Of a stretch of 64,000 bases of DNA, positions 38,025 to 51,800 are shown piece after piece; the first letter of the stretch is position 1; each line of letters opens with the position of its first letter. The position numbers and the translations under genes were made by a program. The DNA comes from Orbicella franksi (taxonomy: Eukaryota): positions 25,730,001 through 25,794,000 of the forward strand of contig OZ116698.1 of the NCBI GenBank assembly GCA_964199315.1, given 5' to 3'. The notes below the pieces were generated by a model. That model was not told the DNA's origin and ran no database searches. It was given only the letters and a program-made list of their open reading frames with translations.

Positions 38025-41000
38025 AGCTGAAAATGATATATTCTGTGTGGCTGTTTTTATGGAGATTAATGATATCATTAGTGAAGTTAATTCCTATAAT
38101 AAATCATTTGATGAAATGTTTTGAAAACCTTTATGGAACGACAAGGATCAACAGACAGGATAACATTACTCATGTTTATCTCTTGTAATAATCTTTATCT
38201 CTAGTATTAAGACGGGTTCCGCTCAAAGTTCGAGCAATATGTGCAAAAATTAATTACTAAAAATCTACTCACAGCACGGTAGTTTTTGAATAATATTTCA
38301 AACATCTCACTTTAATTAATTTCTTTAAAGAAGTGATCCCGCGATTAAATTCTCGAGTGTTCTCGAAAAAGTTAATGTCCAACCTCGTAAGAATGCTCCA
38401 TTCCTGTGTTATTGTGTTTTCAACTAACGCGAAACGTCCGTTTTAATTGAAATATGGATAACTTCAAGTTCAATTTTCTCTCGCGGGGTCAGCTTGAGAG
38501 CTTTTTGGTAACTTTATTTTTGCCATTATTGCTCGAATGTTCTGCAGAAATGATCTTAAATAGTCTTTGCCTCTTGTAATAGCCTCAGGCACTTTATTTC
38601 TTGGAATGGTTTTTATCTCTTGTAATAGCCAAGTACAACAAACGTCTAAAATGAACATAAAAATGACATGAATTATTCAATTAATTATAGAATAATGAGA
38701 ACGCTACATTAACGCAGCTGCGTGGAATTCACTGCCATGATAGCGATAGACTAAAACTTCTGTTTCAAACAATCTACGCGTTTCAAACAATGTCATATTG
38801 TAGTTTCAAAAATGGGAGCTTTCAAGTCTATAAATCTAAATACGGAATCAAAATCCAAAAATCAACGAATGTTTAACGGAATTACGTCACGATTTGCGCA
38901 TTTTGAAAAGTTTAGCCTAGATTTTCCTCGTTCATTGCTTGTAATCCATGTCAATCGTCTCTATCATCAACTCTCTGGTGTTCTTCTTTCTTAGCAAACT
39001 ATTATCATTTTCAGGTTTCCTTCAATTTAAAGATAATTTTGCGCGAGGCAAAAATAACTCGAAATGCCGTGACTAAGCTCCCTCAACTAATATGAACTGG
39101 GTGCTAGCCAAGTTAACGGCTTATGGCTCATTATTTATTAACTATCAAATAGCTTGTATGGTAGGCCTGGCTAATAAAAGTAGTTAATTCGGAACAAGGA
39201 TATGCTTTGCACGGATGTGCAGAATGACCTTGTGTATGTTTTTATGTAAAATATTGGTGCTCCGGCTAAACTGAGTTTATTAACATGACACATGTCAAGT
39301 TATCAAGATTTCGCTTCGTGTTGCTTGCGTTTTCCTCGCTCTCCACTGTATCATGTATTATCTCTAGTTTAACATATGCTGAATAGTTGTAACGAGAACA
39401 GCGCGATCCTGCATTCCGAACAATTAATCAGTGTCCTGCAGAAAACTCTCCTCAACCCATCGAGCCACCCAGAACGTACGAAAATATTCTATACTCGAAA
39501 AATAAACTCTCGTTTACTGACTGATATTCATATATTTTAGCGCTCGTTCTCATTAATGGTCTTTCCTCAAACAATGTCCTGAAGGTGTCGGAAACAAGAG
39601 AACCTATTGAAAATACCGTCTTGATTTTAAAGTTTTAAAGGATGAAAGTTAAATGGACAGGGCATTTCAGATATCAATTCAATACTTGTATTGCAGTGAA
39701 AACAATAATACTTCAATACAAACATCTGCCCACTACAGATTCTGAAAAACAAAAAAAGTTCAACTGAAGTCAAGACCATTGACTAGCGATTGGCACATTT
39801 TGATGGTAAGTTATTTAGCCAGTCATTACATTAAAAACAATATTTTCTAAGCATATTTTCTTGCAAAGCCACCTTACATTACGGAACGGGTAAAGGCATC
39901 AATGGAGGAGAATGCTTGTTTTCTGGATGTGACGTGATTTTCATAATTTATGCCACGTGCTGTTAAACAATTAGATTTTGAGTTCGAGATTTCTATGACG
40001 TCAGTGATGGCTGGCGAGGACGAAGGCGGAAACTACTTTCACCGAGAGCGAAAAATGTACTTGATTTGGTATAATTTCCGTCAAAAATTATTTCAATAAA
40101 TTTATCTAAATATGTAGTAGTGCGACACCTCACGCTCGAGTTTTAATGCTTGGAGGATGACAGATTAATGGATCAGGCAATAGGGATATCTTCTAAGGCT
40201 TACGTCAGATTGGAAACAATACTTGCGATGCGTACCTGCTCATTACATACATGAACTCTGAATAAACAGTCAAGAAAGCACCTGTGACCACCGTTCGACG
40301 CAGTTCGGACGTCATTTAACCGTTTTATATCTTTCCGTGCTTCTGTGGCATTGTAACCAATGTTAAGTACATCTTACCACATCTGCTCACAAAGACCCAC
40401 ACATGGTAGCATCACGTCATACCAACTTTACAAATACTTAGCTATTTACCAATTTTGAAGTTGTTAAAAGTAATTTAGCCCTTCATCAGAACATTTTTCT
40501 ATGCAGTTTACCGTGTGGTGGAGTGAAAACATCACCGTTCTACCATCACCTAAAACCCAACACACACATGCGCAAGCCTCGGTGGAATTAATACAAATGT
40601 CGCGTAAGGCGTGCTTGGAAGGTGAAAAATGTCTGCGACGCTCAAAACTTGAGCGGGAAGAGCGCGTGAGGTAGAGAAGCACAAGCTAAACTAGTTTAGC
40701 TCGCAAGAAACCGCATTAAGTGACGTCATTATGGCGCGAAATTTTCTGGCCGTCGTGTGTCAGTAGAGGAGGTTATAAAATTTGTTTACTTTCTATCAAA
40801 GAAAATTCACAACGTAGAACCGGTGATACAGGTTTTTGCTCTCGCGGTGACGCTTGTGAAGAAAACAATAATCGACTCGCCGCCGAAACAAAAAGTCAGT
40901 GTTTCGCCGCTGTCGACAGTGTTCAACACAGGCCGTGAGTTATTTCAAAGCAAACTGCATGTATTGTACTGAGAAACGAGTTAAATTTGAAAAACTTATA

Positions 41001-43422
41001 TTCATTAATCGTCTGCATTACAGATATCAAAACAGAACATAATGTGTTGAACAAAGCTGTTTACAAACGCATTTTTTCACCGGCTTCTCCGACATGACGT
41101 AGTCACAGCTCTGCATGAGGTAGATTTGGGCTTCCAAAACCTCAGGGATATTTTTCGTTGCGAAATTAAACTTCTTTCACTTCGTCAGTTCAAATGAAAG
41201 CCAAGTGAAAGTTTCCCTGGCTATTTAAAAGCGGTATAGTGGACCCCGGTTGTTACGGACACTAAATTGACCTGTAAAATTGTCGGTATCATACGTAAGT
41301 CCATATTAGCGGGCTCTAAGAATAAACGTCACGACATGCGCTTTATCTGTAAAAGCTTGGAACTAAAGCACCCAATATAAACAGAGACAAAACGACACTT
41401 AAGGCCTGGTAACTGCAACTTAAATTGTAACTTAAGCTTGTGCTCATTTAAATAGTCAGATGTCTCGCACTTACATTAATACTCTCCTGTCCGTTTCAAA
41501 AGCGGCAAAATAATCAGTTATTTAAATTGTACCCATACCCACGTTATTTAATATATAGTGCAAAGATATTTTGCTTCCTAAAGGTTTAAAATGGCAAAAT
41601 GATCCGGCTTGAAAAATGAAAATCGACGGAGCGAAGCGCAAAGCCAGAGTCCGTAAAGGTTACTTAGTATGAGCGTATGTCACTCGTCCGTGGAAAACTT
41701 CCGTTATCCATATTAACCGGTTTCCGTATTTAGCGGCTATTAAAAATAAGAGAAAACATGTCAGCCTTTTGTCGGGACAAACAAGACTGTCCGTTATTGG
41801 CAGGTTACCGCATTAAGCGGGTGTCCGTAGAGCGGGGTTCTACAGCAGCATCTTTGCTTGTCTTGTTTGAATTCCTCCGGTAAATTTGGCGCGCAAAAGG
41901 GATGAAAGTCCATCGCGCCAGCCCTTGTAAATTCGCTCAAGAAAGGAATCAAAAGAAGAGGAATCAGTGCGTTCGGGAACAAGTAAATACACCCGCTCGT
42001 CATATGCATTTTTCTAATCTCTTCCAGCTGCCTGGGCCAGGCAGTGAAGGACGGATAAGTGCTAGAGTTGAACTGGGCCGGGCAGTGAAGAAACGATGTG
42101 TAGAGAGTGCAGTGGGCTTTTCATCGCCATGAACAAAGGAAAAATAAAAGTAACGAATAGTATGAGGTGAAGGAAACGAAAGGAGGATGTATGATGATGA
42201 TACAAATTAAGGATTAACAAATGTTTCTTTAGAATAGATTCTTGGTTTCAAAAGGTGACAATGCTTAACTGAGTAAAACGTTCCGGTCTTTATTAAAGGG
42301 TTTCTATTGTGTATTTTGAAACCATAACCATATACTACATTTCATACAAGCATTTTAACATAACATGCATCTAACTCTCGAAAACTGGCCACCTCTGTTC
42401 TCATCCCTACGGTACGGTGGCCGCAGTGCAGAGGTTCAACTGCATGATTTATATCTCACATCTCTGGTACAAAAGTGAACGTTTTAGCCACTCTTTATCA
42501 GTTGATGCTACAATCAAGGAATCAAAAAACTCCCCAATCATGTTTGTGATAAGATAGGTTACCATTGTAACAGAATGACCTGCTAAAAACACCCTTAACT
42601 TTAGATTTAATTACTTATATCACAAAAACGGCATGGTGAAACTCATTTTTCATAGTCCAATATTGAGTAGCAGGGTAAGATAAAACTTTTGGCAAAGTTT
42701 AAAAATCATCTGCACATAGGTTTCAAAGCCACCTTAAACTTTTTTCTAAAAACTTGTTCCGCAGGTGGCTGGTTTAAACGAGATGGAGGCTAACTCGATA
42801 ACCACGCGGTTCTATTAGCCTCCATGCACAAACCATATACCATTGTCACCTTTAATTCTTATATATGTATCTTTTTTTTCTTGTTTTCTTTTTTACGCTA
42901 ATATTGTAATTTCAAAATGTAAGTGCAAAATAAAGTGAACTCGAAGTTGAAGTTGAAGTTGAAGGCAGTGGTAGCCAGAGCTTTCCACCTCTTATCCTTT
43001 GATGCATCAGTAGTACCACTCTTTATGAGTTGTTGCTACATAAACAATTTCCCAAGCATTGGTGAATAAATTGTACTCAAAACTTATCTTTGGTGGTTAT
43101 CATAGCAATGGTATTACTATACTACAACACATTATTGTATGCAATTATAATTTCTATAGGTTTGTTACTGTCTTCGTGGACTTCCTACTATCTACTAAAC
43201 AGCTTCATGCGTACAGAGCTTGTAGATATGTTCGTCAATGCGTCATAAATTTCAAATCAAAGCTAACCACAAATACTTTACATTTTTAGAACACCAGTGC
43301 CTTTAACACATGCACGCTTATTGTCATATTTACAACAGCAAAAAAATGCTGCTGTATAACTAGTCTACACCAGGAAAGTATATATTAATTTCACATATTT
43401 TACCAACCAATAAGAAATAACA

Positions 43423-43764
43423 TTATACAGAAAGAGGGCCCTCCAACCAATATCCTTCGAACGTGTCTTCCTGCAACTCGCTCTGACTCAAGCTTGTTGA
43501 TTTTCTCCTTGGCGCTTTAACGTTTATCGGCCTTTGACAAACCCTTTGAATGATGTGAGCTTTTATACTCGATTTCTTCTGACGTTCGAAGAAACAACGC
43601 CCACAGGCCCACCAGAAAACTTGCTTAGTGCTCTTGCGACAATCTGTCTTGTGACCCGCGCTGACCTGCAAAGAGCGTTTTCCAACCAGCTTCAACATAC
43701 CAGGGAGGTCAGACTGCTCTATAACATGGCGAATCTTTGGGTTGTGACCGTAATACGTTGTGAT
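43423..43764 (-). CDS. Cluster gene E, terminal exon with CCHC finger (WWACGRC...H...C)
   Basis: Acceptor tttattccag|atc, open to the stop at 43423. Homologous to the other terminal exons. Confidence 0.88.
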   Translation of the reverse strand: MTTYYGHNPKIRHVIEQSDLPGMLKLVGKRSLQVSAGHKTDCRKSTKQVFWWACGRCFFERQKKSSIKAHIIQRVCQRPINVKAPRRKSTSLSQSELQEDTFEGYWLEGPLSV

Positions 43765-44408
43765 CTGGAATAAATTAATTGATTCATTAGTTTTCTTCAA
43801 CAGTGCAAAACTAATGGAGAAAAGTATATTGAGTTTACTTGGGTCTTGTGAGCAAAGATTCTCTACCATGAAAACATTTAAGGTCGAATATGAGGCAAAT
43901 GGCCTACACCGCCTGAGACCACTATGCAGGCTTTCTTTAGGCTAGTAACGCAGCCATTCGTCTCCGGCTAGTTCAAAGAGCGTCGGTTTAAGAGGCTAAC
44001 ACCCCTACCACTTTCTGTATAAAGAAGTGAGATGGAGTATTTTTACTCTCTAACCAGTTCATCGGCAGAAAGAGGTAACGACCAGGACCGGTTTTCAAAC
44101 GCGCTTCTCACTTTCAGGAGTCCACAATAAGCCTCCATGATTAAAAGTATGAAAGGTTTTTTTCAAATCAATAAATATACCACAACCAAATTCATTATTA
44201 TCAATAGATTGGTGAATAGATTCATTGATATAAATAAATGCATGGGTAATCAAGCGTTTTTCCCTGAAACCAAACTGAAATGGATAAAGTCATTGAACAT
44301 ATTTGGCCGAACCTGATGGGTGGCTTGAGTCTTACTTGCCACAGGGTTCGAGCATTTTACTGACAGCATACTTTGTCAAGCTACAGATAAGTCATCCTTA
44401 CCACTTAC

Positions 44409-44596
44409 CATGTGTCTATCTAAAACTGTGTGGTGTTGCAACGAGATCTTCTCTTCAGCCGAAGAGCCTGATCTAGACTTAAAGTCAGTCCCAGAATCGT
44501 CAGCAAACTGGCATCGTGCTTCACAATGATCCTCCTCCATTAAGTTAAATGCCATTAATTCGCGATTCAAAGCACACGTTTCATCATTCGGGAACT
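44409..44596 (-). CDS. Cluster gene E, penultimate exon (...ISLQHHTVLDRHM)
   Basis: Acceptor cttccttttag|ag (phase 1) and donor atg|gtaagt (phase 0). Matches the copy A exon at 439-605. Confidence 0.85.
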
Positions 44597-44807
44597 CTAA
44601 AAGGAAGATACAAATAATTCAGCAAACTAAGGGTTTCTCTAACGGGCAAACGGGCTTCATGCTACTGAAGCCGGGATAAGCCCCGGCCTGATCAGCCACT
44701 TGGCTCGTATGCAGACTTGACCTTGACCTTTTTCTTTCTGCTTTTGTTTCCACAACAAACATAAACAAAACCCTTATAAAACAAAAAAAACACGCCTTAA
44801 GCCATAC

Positions 44808-44939
44808 TTCTATAACGCGATGGCAACACGGAATTAGTAGCTCGAGAAGTGAAGGTTATGGTGGTGCGAGCAACGAGAATGCACTTTTTGATAATCAAAA
44901 TAAACGAGTGACTCTTCTTTCTTTCTGTCGCAGTGTTTT
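44808..44939 (-). CDS. Candidate exon 4 of gene E (linker)
   Basis: Strong acceptor tttttatctcttacag|aa and donor agaa|gtatgg, symmetric phase 1-1, open frame. It lies 211 nt before exon 5, similar to the layout in C. No peptide similarity to C exon 4. Confidence 0.4.
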
Positions 44940-46469
44940 CTGTAAGAGATAAAAACGGACCATTGCTCCAAGTTTCTATCAAGTTGTAATTGGCTTTAAA
45001 CAGCTTTTAAGCACATTTTTTTCAACGCACTCGTCTCCTGTTCCCGCAAAATTTCTTATTCTCCCAGACTCCCATTCAAGTTTTTGTAACTAAATAGAAA
45101 CACGGAAAATGTTTTCTCCTTCTTTAAAAAAAGAGGAAGAGGGGAAGGAGGAGGAGAGGGAAGAAGAGTGAGAGGAGAAGGAGGGGAAGGAGGAAGAGGA
45201 AGTGAAATACTTTCATGATAAAATCTGCAAGCAAGGCTTGGTGGTGAAATTAGCTGGTCTGATGCCACCATGCAATTGAGCTTTCAACAAGGAATTTGAA
45301 AGTACTCCTCGCTTGTTTACAGTAGCTTTACTGAGGTGTAACAAAATTTCCTCCCTGTGGAAGTGAGAATTTTCTCACGTAGCCAATCATCACTTGGACG
45401 CTTTGAGCGCTTGAATACTGAAAATTCGATATATTTTGGCTCATCCACAAAAATAATACAAATTATCATATGACCCGTACGGCCCCGCGCGCAATTTCCT
45501 TGGAAAACCATAACAAAAAAGGTCCCGTATGAGGGCCGTAAGCGTCGAAGTGATAGGGCCGGAAAAACACGTACGGTCCTATTAGAAATGCGTACGGCCC
45601 TACTAGAAACTCAATGCGAGCTAATGACAAAACAATTTTGTCGCTGCAAAATTTTGTTTTCTTCAAAATGAGTGATAAAAGTGAACATTCTGAGAGCGAA
45701 GTTTACTATCCAGGCGAACTGTCTGATGCAGAATTACTTCAGTCTCTAACTCACTCCGAAAGCACAGAAAGAAAGTCAACAGTCCTCACAACTGAAGAAG
45801 TTCACAACTTTCTCAGAAGCCAACAACAAGCAAACAGGCAGTCAAGAAAACAACTTTTCCGGATAAATTTTCCAATAATTAACCCTCGGAATAAGCAAAC
45901 AGTCTTGAGGCGAAACTTCTTTCAGTGGAAAGTATCAAAGAATTCATCGTGGGTCAAAAGCAAGAAAACCGGCAAGTCGCGAAGAAAACAAAGTAAATAA
46001 AAAAAACAATTTTTTTCTTCGAGTTTCCAGAGTTGGGAGAAGAGAAATCACAAACATACCTTGTGTACAGTAGGATAAATTGTTTCTACATCAGTGTTGT
46101 TTGAAGAGAAAAAACTGAGTACGAACACAAGTTCATTACCGTACAGTTCATCCAGAAAATAAAACTCGCTTCAATTTCCACTACACAGCAAAGCCATTAA
46201 TATTCAGTTGGTGGTTCTCCCTTGTTCAAGAGAATCCAAGAAGTCTACAAATAGCTTGAAACGACGCCGACATTTTCTTGAGTCTTCAGATGAAGAAAAT
46301 TTGTGAACAATTTCAGTGAAGCGTGAAGCAAACTTTTGTCACTCGCTAAGTTTTTGATGGTTTTGACATATTTTTGACAGCTTTATGTCAACTTTCTGTT
46401 GGCTTTTTAGCATGAATTGTAATTGTAGACTTACATTGAAAAACAACGATAGGGTCTAAAAGTACTTAC

Positions 46470-46710
46470 GAGTGACCACGAGTGACCACGAATGACCACG
46501 AGTGACCACGAATGACCACGAATGACCACGAGTGACCACGAGTGACCACGAGTGACCACGAGTGACCACGGGTGACCACGAGTGACCACGAGTGACCACG
46601 AGTGACCACGAGTGACCACGAGTGACCACGAGTGACCACGAGTGACCACGAGTGACCACGAGTGACCACGAGTGACCACGAGTGACCTCGAGTGACCATG
46701 GGTGACCATG
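46470..46710 (+). repeat. (GAGTGACCAC)n, ~24 units
   Basis: Direct reading. It produces the spurious VVTRGHSWSL ORFs. Confidence 0.97.
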
Positions 46711-47974
46711 AGTGAGATTACTTCAAAAACTGTCAATAATGTTATTATTACGTCATTATGACGTCGTTGTAAGATCATTTCATCACGATTAGGACATATG
46801 CATCAAACTGAAACTATTTACTGGTGTAGTAATCAAAGATTACAGCAGTGGCTGTGCGTTCATGATTCCATTGTTTAGTTCCTTTACAAATATTGGCTGT
46901 TGAGCTTATGTTCTTTCAGGCTGAAAGTGAAGAAAAATCCGAGCGGTTTTATCAAACGAAGTGAGGCTCGAAACTTCAGGCGCGGACTATGTATATATTT
47001 TCTGAACGCCGAGCTACAAAGCATTCATGCTCAGTTACTTGTGGTCGAAAATCACAGCGCCAGACTGTAGCTAGCACTTTGCGTTATTCACACGCAGTGC
47101 CATCGGATCTAACTCGTGACTGCGTGCACGCACTCATGTTGTTATTTGCCCCTGCTACAGTACAAGGAGGACAAATCGACGAACACGGTCGTCCCAAAAA
47201 ATTTTGAACGGACTAGACTAGGATTGCGTTACACCACGTGAACGCCACTAGTTTAACTAGAACACGTCCGATAATTTTTAGCGACTCAGTTTAGAAGAGG
47301 TGCATCTCCTCTATGTCTTCCCCCTACTCCTTTGGAGCTGTTCACAATTGTGGCATGTGGACTATAGATTGCAGATTGCATATCATGGAATGAAAGGGAA
47401 ACCCAAAATATGAATTGAAAAATAAATTTTGCGAGTTGTAGCTCGGCAAATGGCTATGATAAGTGGTCAGGAGTGAAACATTCTTCCGAGTTGTGTAGCT
47501 TGCCCAAAAGGCCGTGATTTGTGGTCAGAATGGTTTATTCATTACTAATTTAACAGTTTTCATTTTTGAAAACAAGACGTCGAAAATTCGAACAATTTAG
47601 AAAAAATACAAATGCAAAGTAAAATTTTTGGCTATGCGCCCTTTGACTATAAACTTTGTCAAGAAATATTTGTTACAAGCGTTGGCGTTCTGAAATTGAA
47701 CGTTCAGTTTCGAAAAAAAAGTTTATTAAGGAATGCTTCTCCTGGAAGTTTAGAGTTTCTTACAAGTTTATAGTTTTGCAAGTTTTTAATCTATTCATTG
47801 CTAGTTCAACTTCACTTGCAGATCGTTAACTGTTATTCAATCAAACAAAACATGCAAAAGTTTTGAGCCTCACTTCGTTTCGTAAAATCTCGGATTTTTC
47901 TTCGCTTTCAAAAATGAAAAAGGTCACGTAATAAGCATCAAATACATAATTTCAACAGCCAATATTTGTATAGG

Positions 47975-48458
47975 TAATCATACGGTTTCGAGTTCAATTT
48001 GGAATTAATTTGCTCGAGTGAGTTTTTCAAAAAGCTGAAATTGCACGAGCCGCTTCGGCGAGTGTAATTTCAGCTTTTTGAAAAACTCACAAGTGCAAAT
48101 TAATTCCAAATTGAAGGAGAAAAACCGTATGATTACTCATTAATAATATAAACATGAAAAAAATTCGCGCGGAGGAAGTGCCGGAAGATCTTTCTTGAAG
48201 CCATTTTTTCTCATTTGAGAAAACTTTTTTCAAAGTTTCGGCACAAAATTTTCGTCATCAGTTTACGTGATATCATTTTCTTAGAAAAGTTCGTATTGTC
48301 TTTCAGTCAATCATAATCCAGAATGTCGATGTGTAATTTGCACTGGTGTTACACTTTTTGCACTGATGTTACACTTTTTGCACTGGTGTTACACTTGAAC
48401 TGCACTGCTCTTAGCCAATCAGAATCGAGTAATTTTTTCATGTGTATTATTAGTAAAG
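47975..48458. mobile_element. Long-hairpin miniature element inserted in the right arm of the foldback
   Basis: ~75-bp inverted arms (47975-48135) around gccgcttcggc. It interrupts the arm sequence tttgta|aaggaac. Confidence 0.75.
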
Positions 48459-48630
48459 GAACTGAACAATCGAACTGTGAACGCACAGCCACTGCTGTAA
48501 TATCTGATTACTACACCAGTAAATAGCCTCAGTTTGGTGGATATGTCATTATTTGATGAAACGACCTTACAATGACTTTGAAATTTACGTTTTAATAACA
48601 TCACTGACATTTATTGATGTAACCTTACTC

Positions 48631-48700
48631 GTGGTCACTCGTGGTCACTCGTGGTCATTCGCGGTCACTCGTGGTCACTCATGGTCACTTGTGGTCACTC
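48631..48700 (-). repeat. (GTGGTCACTC)n, 7 units, inverse of the 46470 array
   Basis: Direct reading. Confidence 0.95.
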
Positions 48701-48886
48701 GTGAGTACTTTCAGACCCTATCGAAAAACAACTATGAGAAAATGAGTCGTGTTTTTCGATGAATTGTGAGTTTCTTGTTCGAGCGAAGAAACAAATGACA
48801 CTGAGTTTTTATAGTAGAATCTTTTCCGTAGTTTTTCCACGCACGGCCGTCTTATGTTATGTAATCGTGTCCTATTTAGAGAAAAG

Positions 48887-51800
48887 GCGAGTGAGCAGCA
48901 TGGAGTAAGACGTGCCGTGCTGAGCTCCGCAAAAACGTTTTTGGTTCTAACACATACTGTCCAAAATTATCTTGGTTTTTGATAACTATGCTTCATGTCA
49001 GGAAAACGACTTCGGTCGGGAAAAATCTTAGCGCTTGAAAGAAGCGATAAGCAGCATAAATATTCGAAAGCTTTAAATCTTAGCGAGTCGAACATGGCCG
49101 CCGCCGAATTACTTGAAGAGTTGAAATCGATGAGACTTGACCTCACAGGTCAAATAACCAAGCTTAGCGATGACCTAAAGGACTTTCAAAGAAACACTAA
49201 CGAGAGGCTGCAAAAAATTGAAAGCGTCATGTCCAAAGTAGATGAAATAGACGGCTTGAAGACCAAGCAACAGCAACTAGAAGCCGATGTTGACAACATA
49301 ACGAAATCTCAGCTAAACCTGGTGAGCAACAACGCTGAAGAAGTAGAAGCCCTTCGTAGAAATAATGATGAACTTAAGAAAAGACTGGAACATCTAGAAC
49401 GATATTCCAGGAATTTTAATAATCGAGTGCTTGGATTTAATGAAGATGAAGGAGACGAGTGTATGACAATAATTACGGATCTTATCACCTCTCTTGGCTT
49501 CGAGAATGCAACTGCGGAAATAGAGAATGCCCACCGCACCGGGAAAAAACGAAACGACAAGCCAAGACCTATCATCATAAGGCTCTACAGCAGGCCTTTT
49601 AAAAGAAGTCTATTTCAAGCAGCAAAGAGTGCAGATGGAAAGGCAATACTACAAAGGGTAAGAATTGTAGAGGACTTTACACCTAGTGACTTCAACGCCC
49701 GCAAGAAAGCACTTCCACTTATGAAACAAGCTTATGACAAAGGTAAAAAAGTACGCTTTACTAGAGGAAAACTCTTCATTGATGGAAGTACGCTAACAGC
49801 TCCGCCTAGCCTAAATTCCTTATTATCTATAGCTTTGAGAAGCGACAGTGAAATGATGAGATCTTTTTGCCACTTTTGCGAAGCCAAGCGCTAAAGACAC
49901 CCGCGCGATGTCTTCATGTCTGCTGGGATTGCTTGTGCAGAGCTGCACAAGAGCGAATTTTACGCAAAACTTGCTTTTAATGATTTTGTTTATGTAGGCT
50001 ATAGTTTTAACAGCAATTCTTCACAAACCATATATTTTGCTTACCGCAAAAATTTCTTGTATTAGTATAATTCATTTGAAGGACTTGAAGCGTTCAATTA
50101 TTGTAATTGTGTGTCTATTAAGCACCGGGAATATAAAGATCATCTTCTACCAAATTTAGACTTTTTCACATATCCAACAATCACAAATGGTGACAGGTAA
50201 ATTTATTTCTTTAAATACGAGAGGCATAAGCAACTATCGTAAACGACGGACAATATTTACTTGGCTCAGAAAACAAAAACCCGACGTTGTTTTCCTTCAG
50301 GAAACACATTCTACCCAAGGGAATGAAGTTTTCTGGCGAAGAGAATGGGGTGCCACACTAATCTGCTCTCATGGGGCTAATAATACAAGAGGTGTCGCAA
50401 TCTTAATTAGGAATAACTTTGATTGTGTTGTTGAAGAATCGGTCATTGACACAAACGGTAGATTTATAATATTAAAAGTACTCCTGAGCGGAGAACCCAC
50501 GTTTTTAGTTAATATATACGGCCCTAATCGAGACAATGAACTGGTTGCCTTTTACCACACAGTCCTGCAAACCATCGTGAATAAAAACTTTGACGATATC
50601 GAGAACATTATCATGGGAGGAGACTTAAACTGTGCTTTAAATCCCATTATTGACAAAAGAGGTGGCAATCTAATTCCAAGGCAAGCTGTAATTAAAACAA
50701 TTGAGCTGCTACAGTCCGAGCTGGATTTGCATGATATTTGGCGAGTAAAGAACCCAACAAAACGCAGCTATACTTAGAGTCAATCAAATCCTTTAACATT
50801 TTCTAGTTTGGATTATTGGCTCATTTCAAATTCTCTATCTGATAATGTCTGTCACGTTGACATGATTTCAGCCATAAAAACTGATCGCTCTGCAATAGTA
50901 ATAGAATTGTAGGATGTTGAAGCTAAGGTGAAAGGTCCAGGGTTTTGGAAATTAAATTGTTACCTCCTAAATGATAAGGAATATGTCAACGAACTAAATC
51001 TTCTCCTACCTACTTGGATACAGGAAAGGAAGCACGATCTAGGTGATCCGCGATCCGTATGGGGCTGGGTAAAGTACAAGGTTAAGAAATACTCTAGATG
51101 GTATTCGATAAACAACTGTAAACAACAAAATCTAGAGGAACAACAGCTAAACAGACAATTTCAAGAGGCTACAGCAACCTACCAAAACTGCCCAAGTTAA
51201 GAAAATTTATCAGCTTTAAATGTTTTGAAAGAAAAACTGGAACATCTGTATGAAAAAAAGGTGGAAGGCGTAATCATCAGATCGCGTGCACGGTGGCATG
51301 AACACGGGGAAAGGAATTCAAAGTACTTTTTAAATTTAGAAAAACGAAACCATGTTAGGAAGCATATCAGAAAGCTTCGCCTGAGTGGAGTTATCTCAAC
51401 AAACCCTTTCGAGATCTTAGAAGCGGAGCGCGTATTCTATGAAAATCTTTATAAATCTAGACGAGATGGTTCAGAAGTAAATAAACCTAATTTTCACTTT
51501 GAAGACTTACCTGTACCAACACTTTCAAACGATTCTTCTTATCTTGGTGAAGGTTTAATAAGCATAGAGGAATGCAAAAAAGTTCTAAACTCCTTTCCGT
51601 TAAATAGGGAATTCTACAAGACTTTTTGGGATTTTATAGGTGATCCTTTAGTTGCAAGTTTTAATGAATCTTTTGCTAAAGAAACAATGAGTCCATCACG
51701 AAGACAGGCGGTTATTACACTCATCGAGAAAAAAGACCAAGATCGCTGTGATCTTAAGAACTGGAGGCCAATTTCCCTACTGAACGTCGATGCGAAGATA

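Larger units (their letters stand above)
46448..48722. mobile_element. Foldback / MULE-like non-autonomous element with ~530-bp inverted arms containing 10-bp tandem arrays
   Basis: Termini gatagggtct...agaccctatc and a perfect 10-bp direct repeat GAAAAACAAC on both sides (46438-46447, 48723-48732). Arms 46448-46980 and 47860-48722 are inverted copies, and the right arm is interrupted by a hairpin element. Confidence 0.85.

Noticed and set aside
43534-43773. Duplicated + strand ORFs MTNPLNDVSF... (also 63694-63942)
   Set aside because: These are antisense shadows of the terminal exons of E and F.
46431-46778. ORFs of repeated VVTRGHSWSL and a possible CRISPR-like array
   Set aside because: These translate a spacer-less 10-bp tandem repeat inside a foldback element. 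There are no unique spacers and no cas genes.
48235-48262. CTGATGA...GAAAC on the minus strand
   Set aside because: No stem II pairing or cleavage site. It lies within a hairpin transposon.
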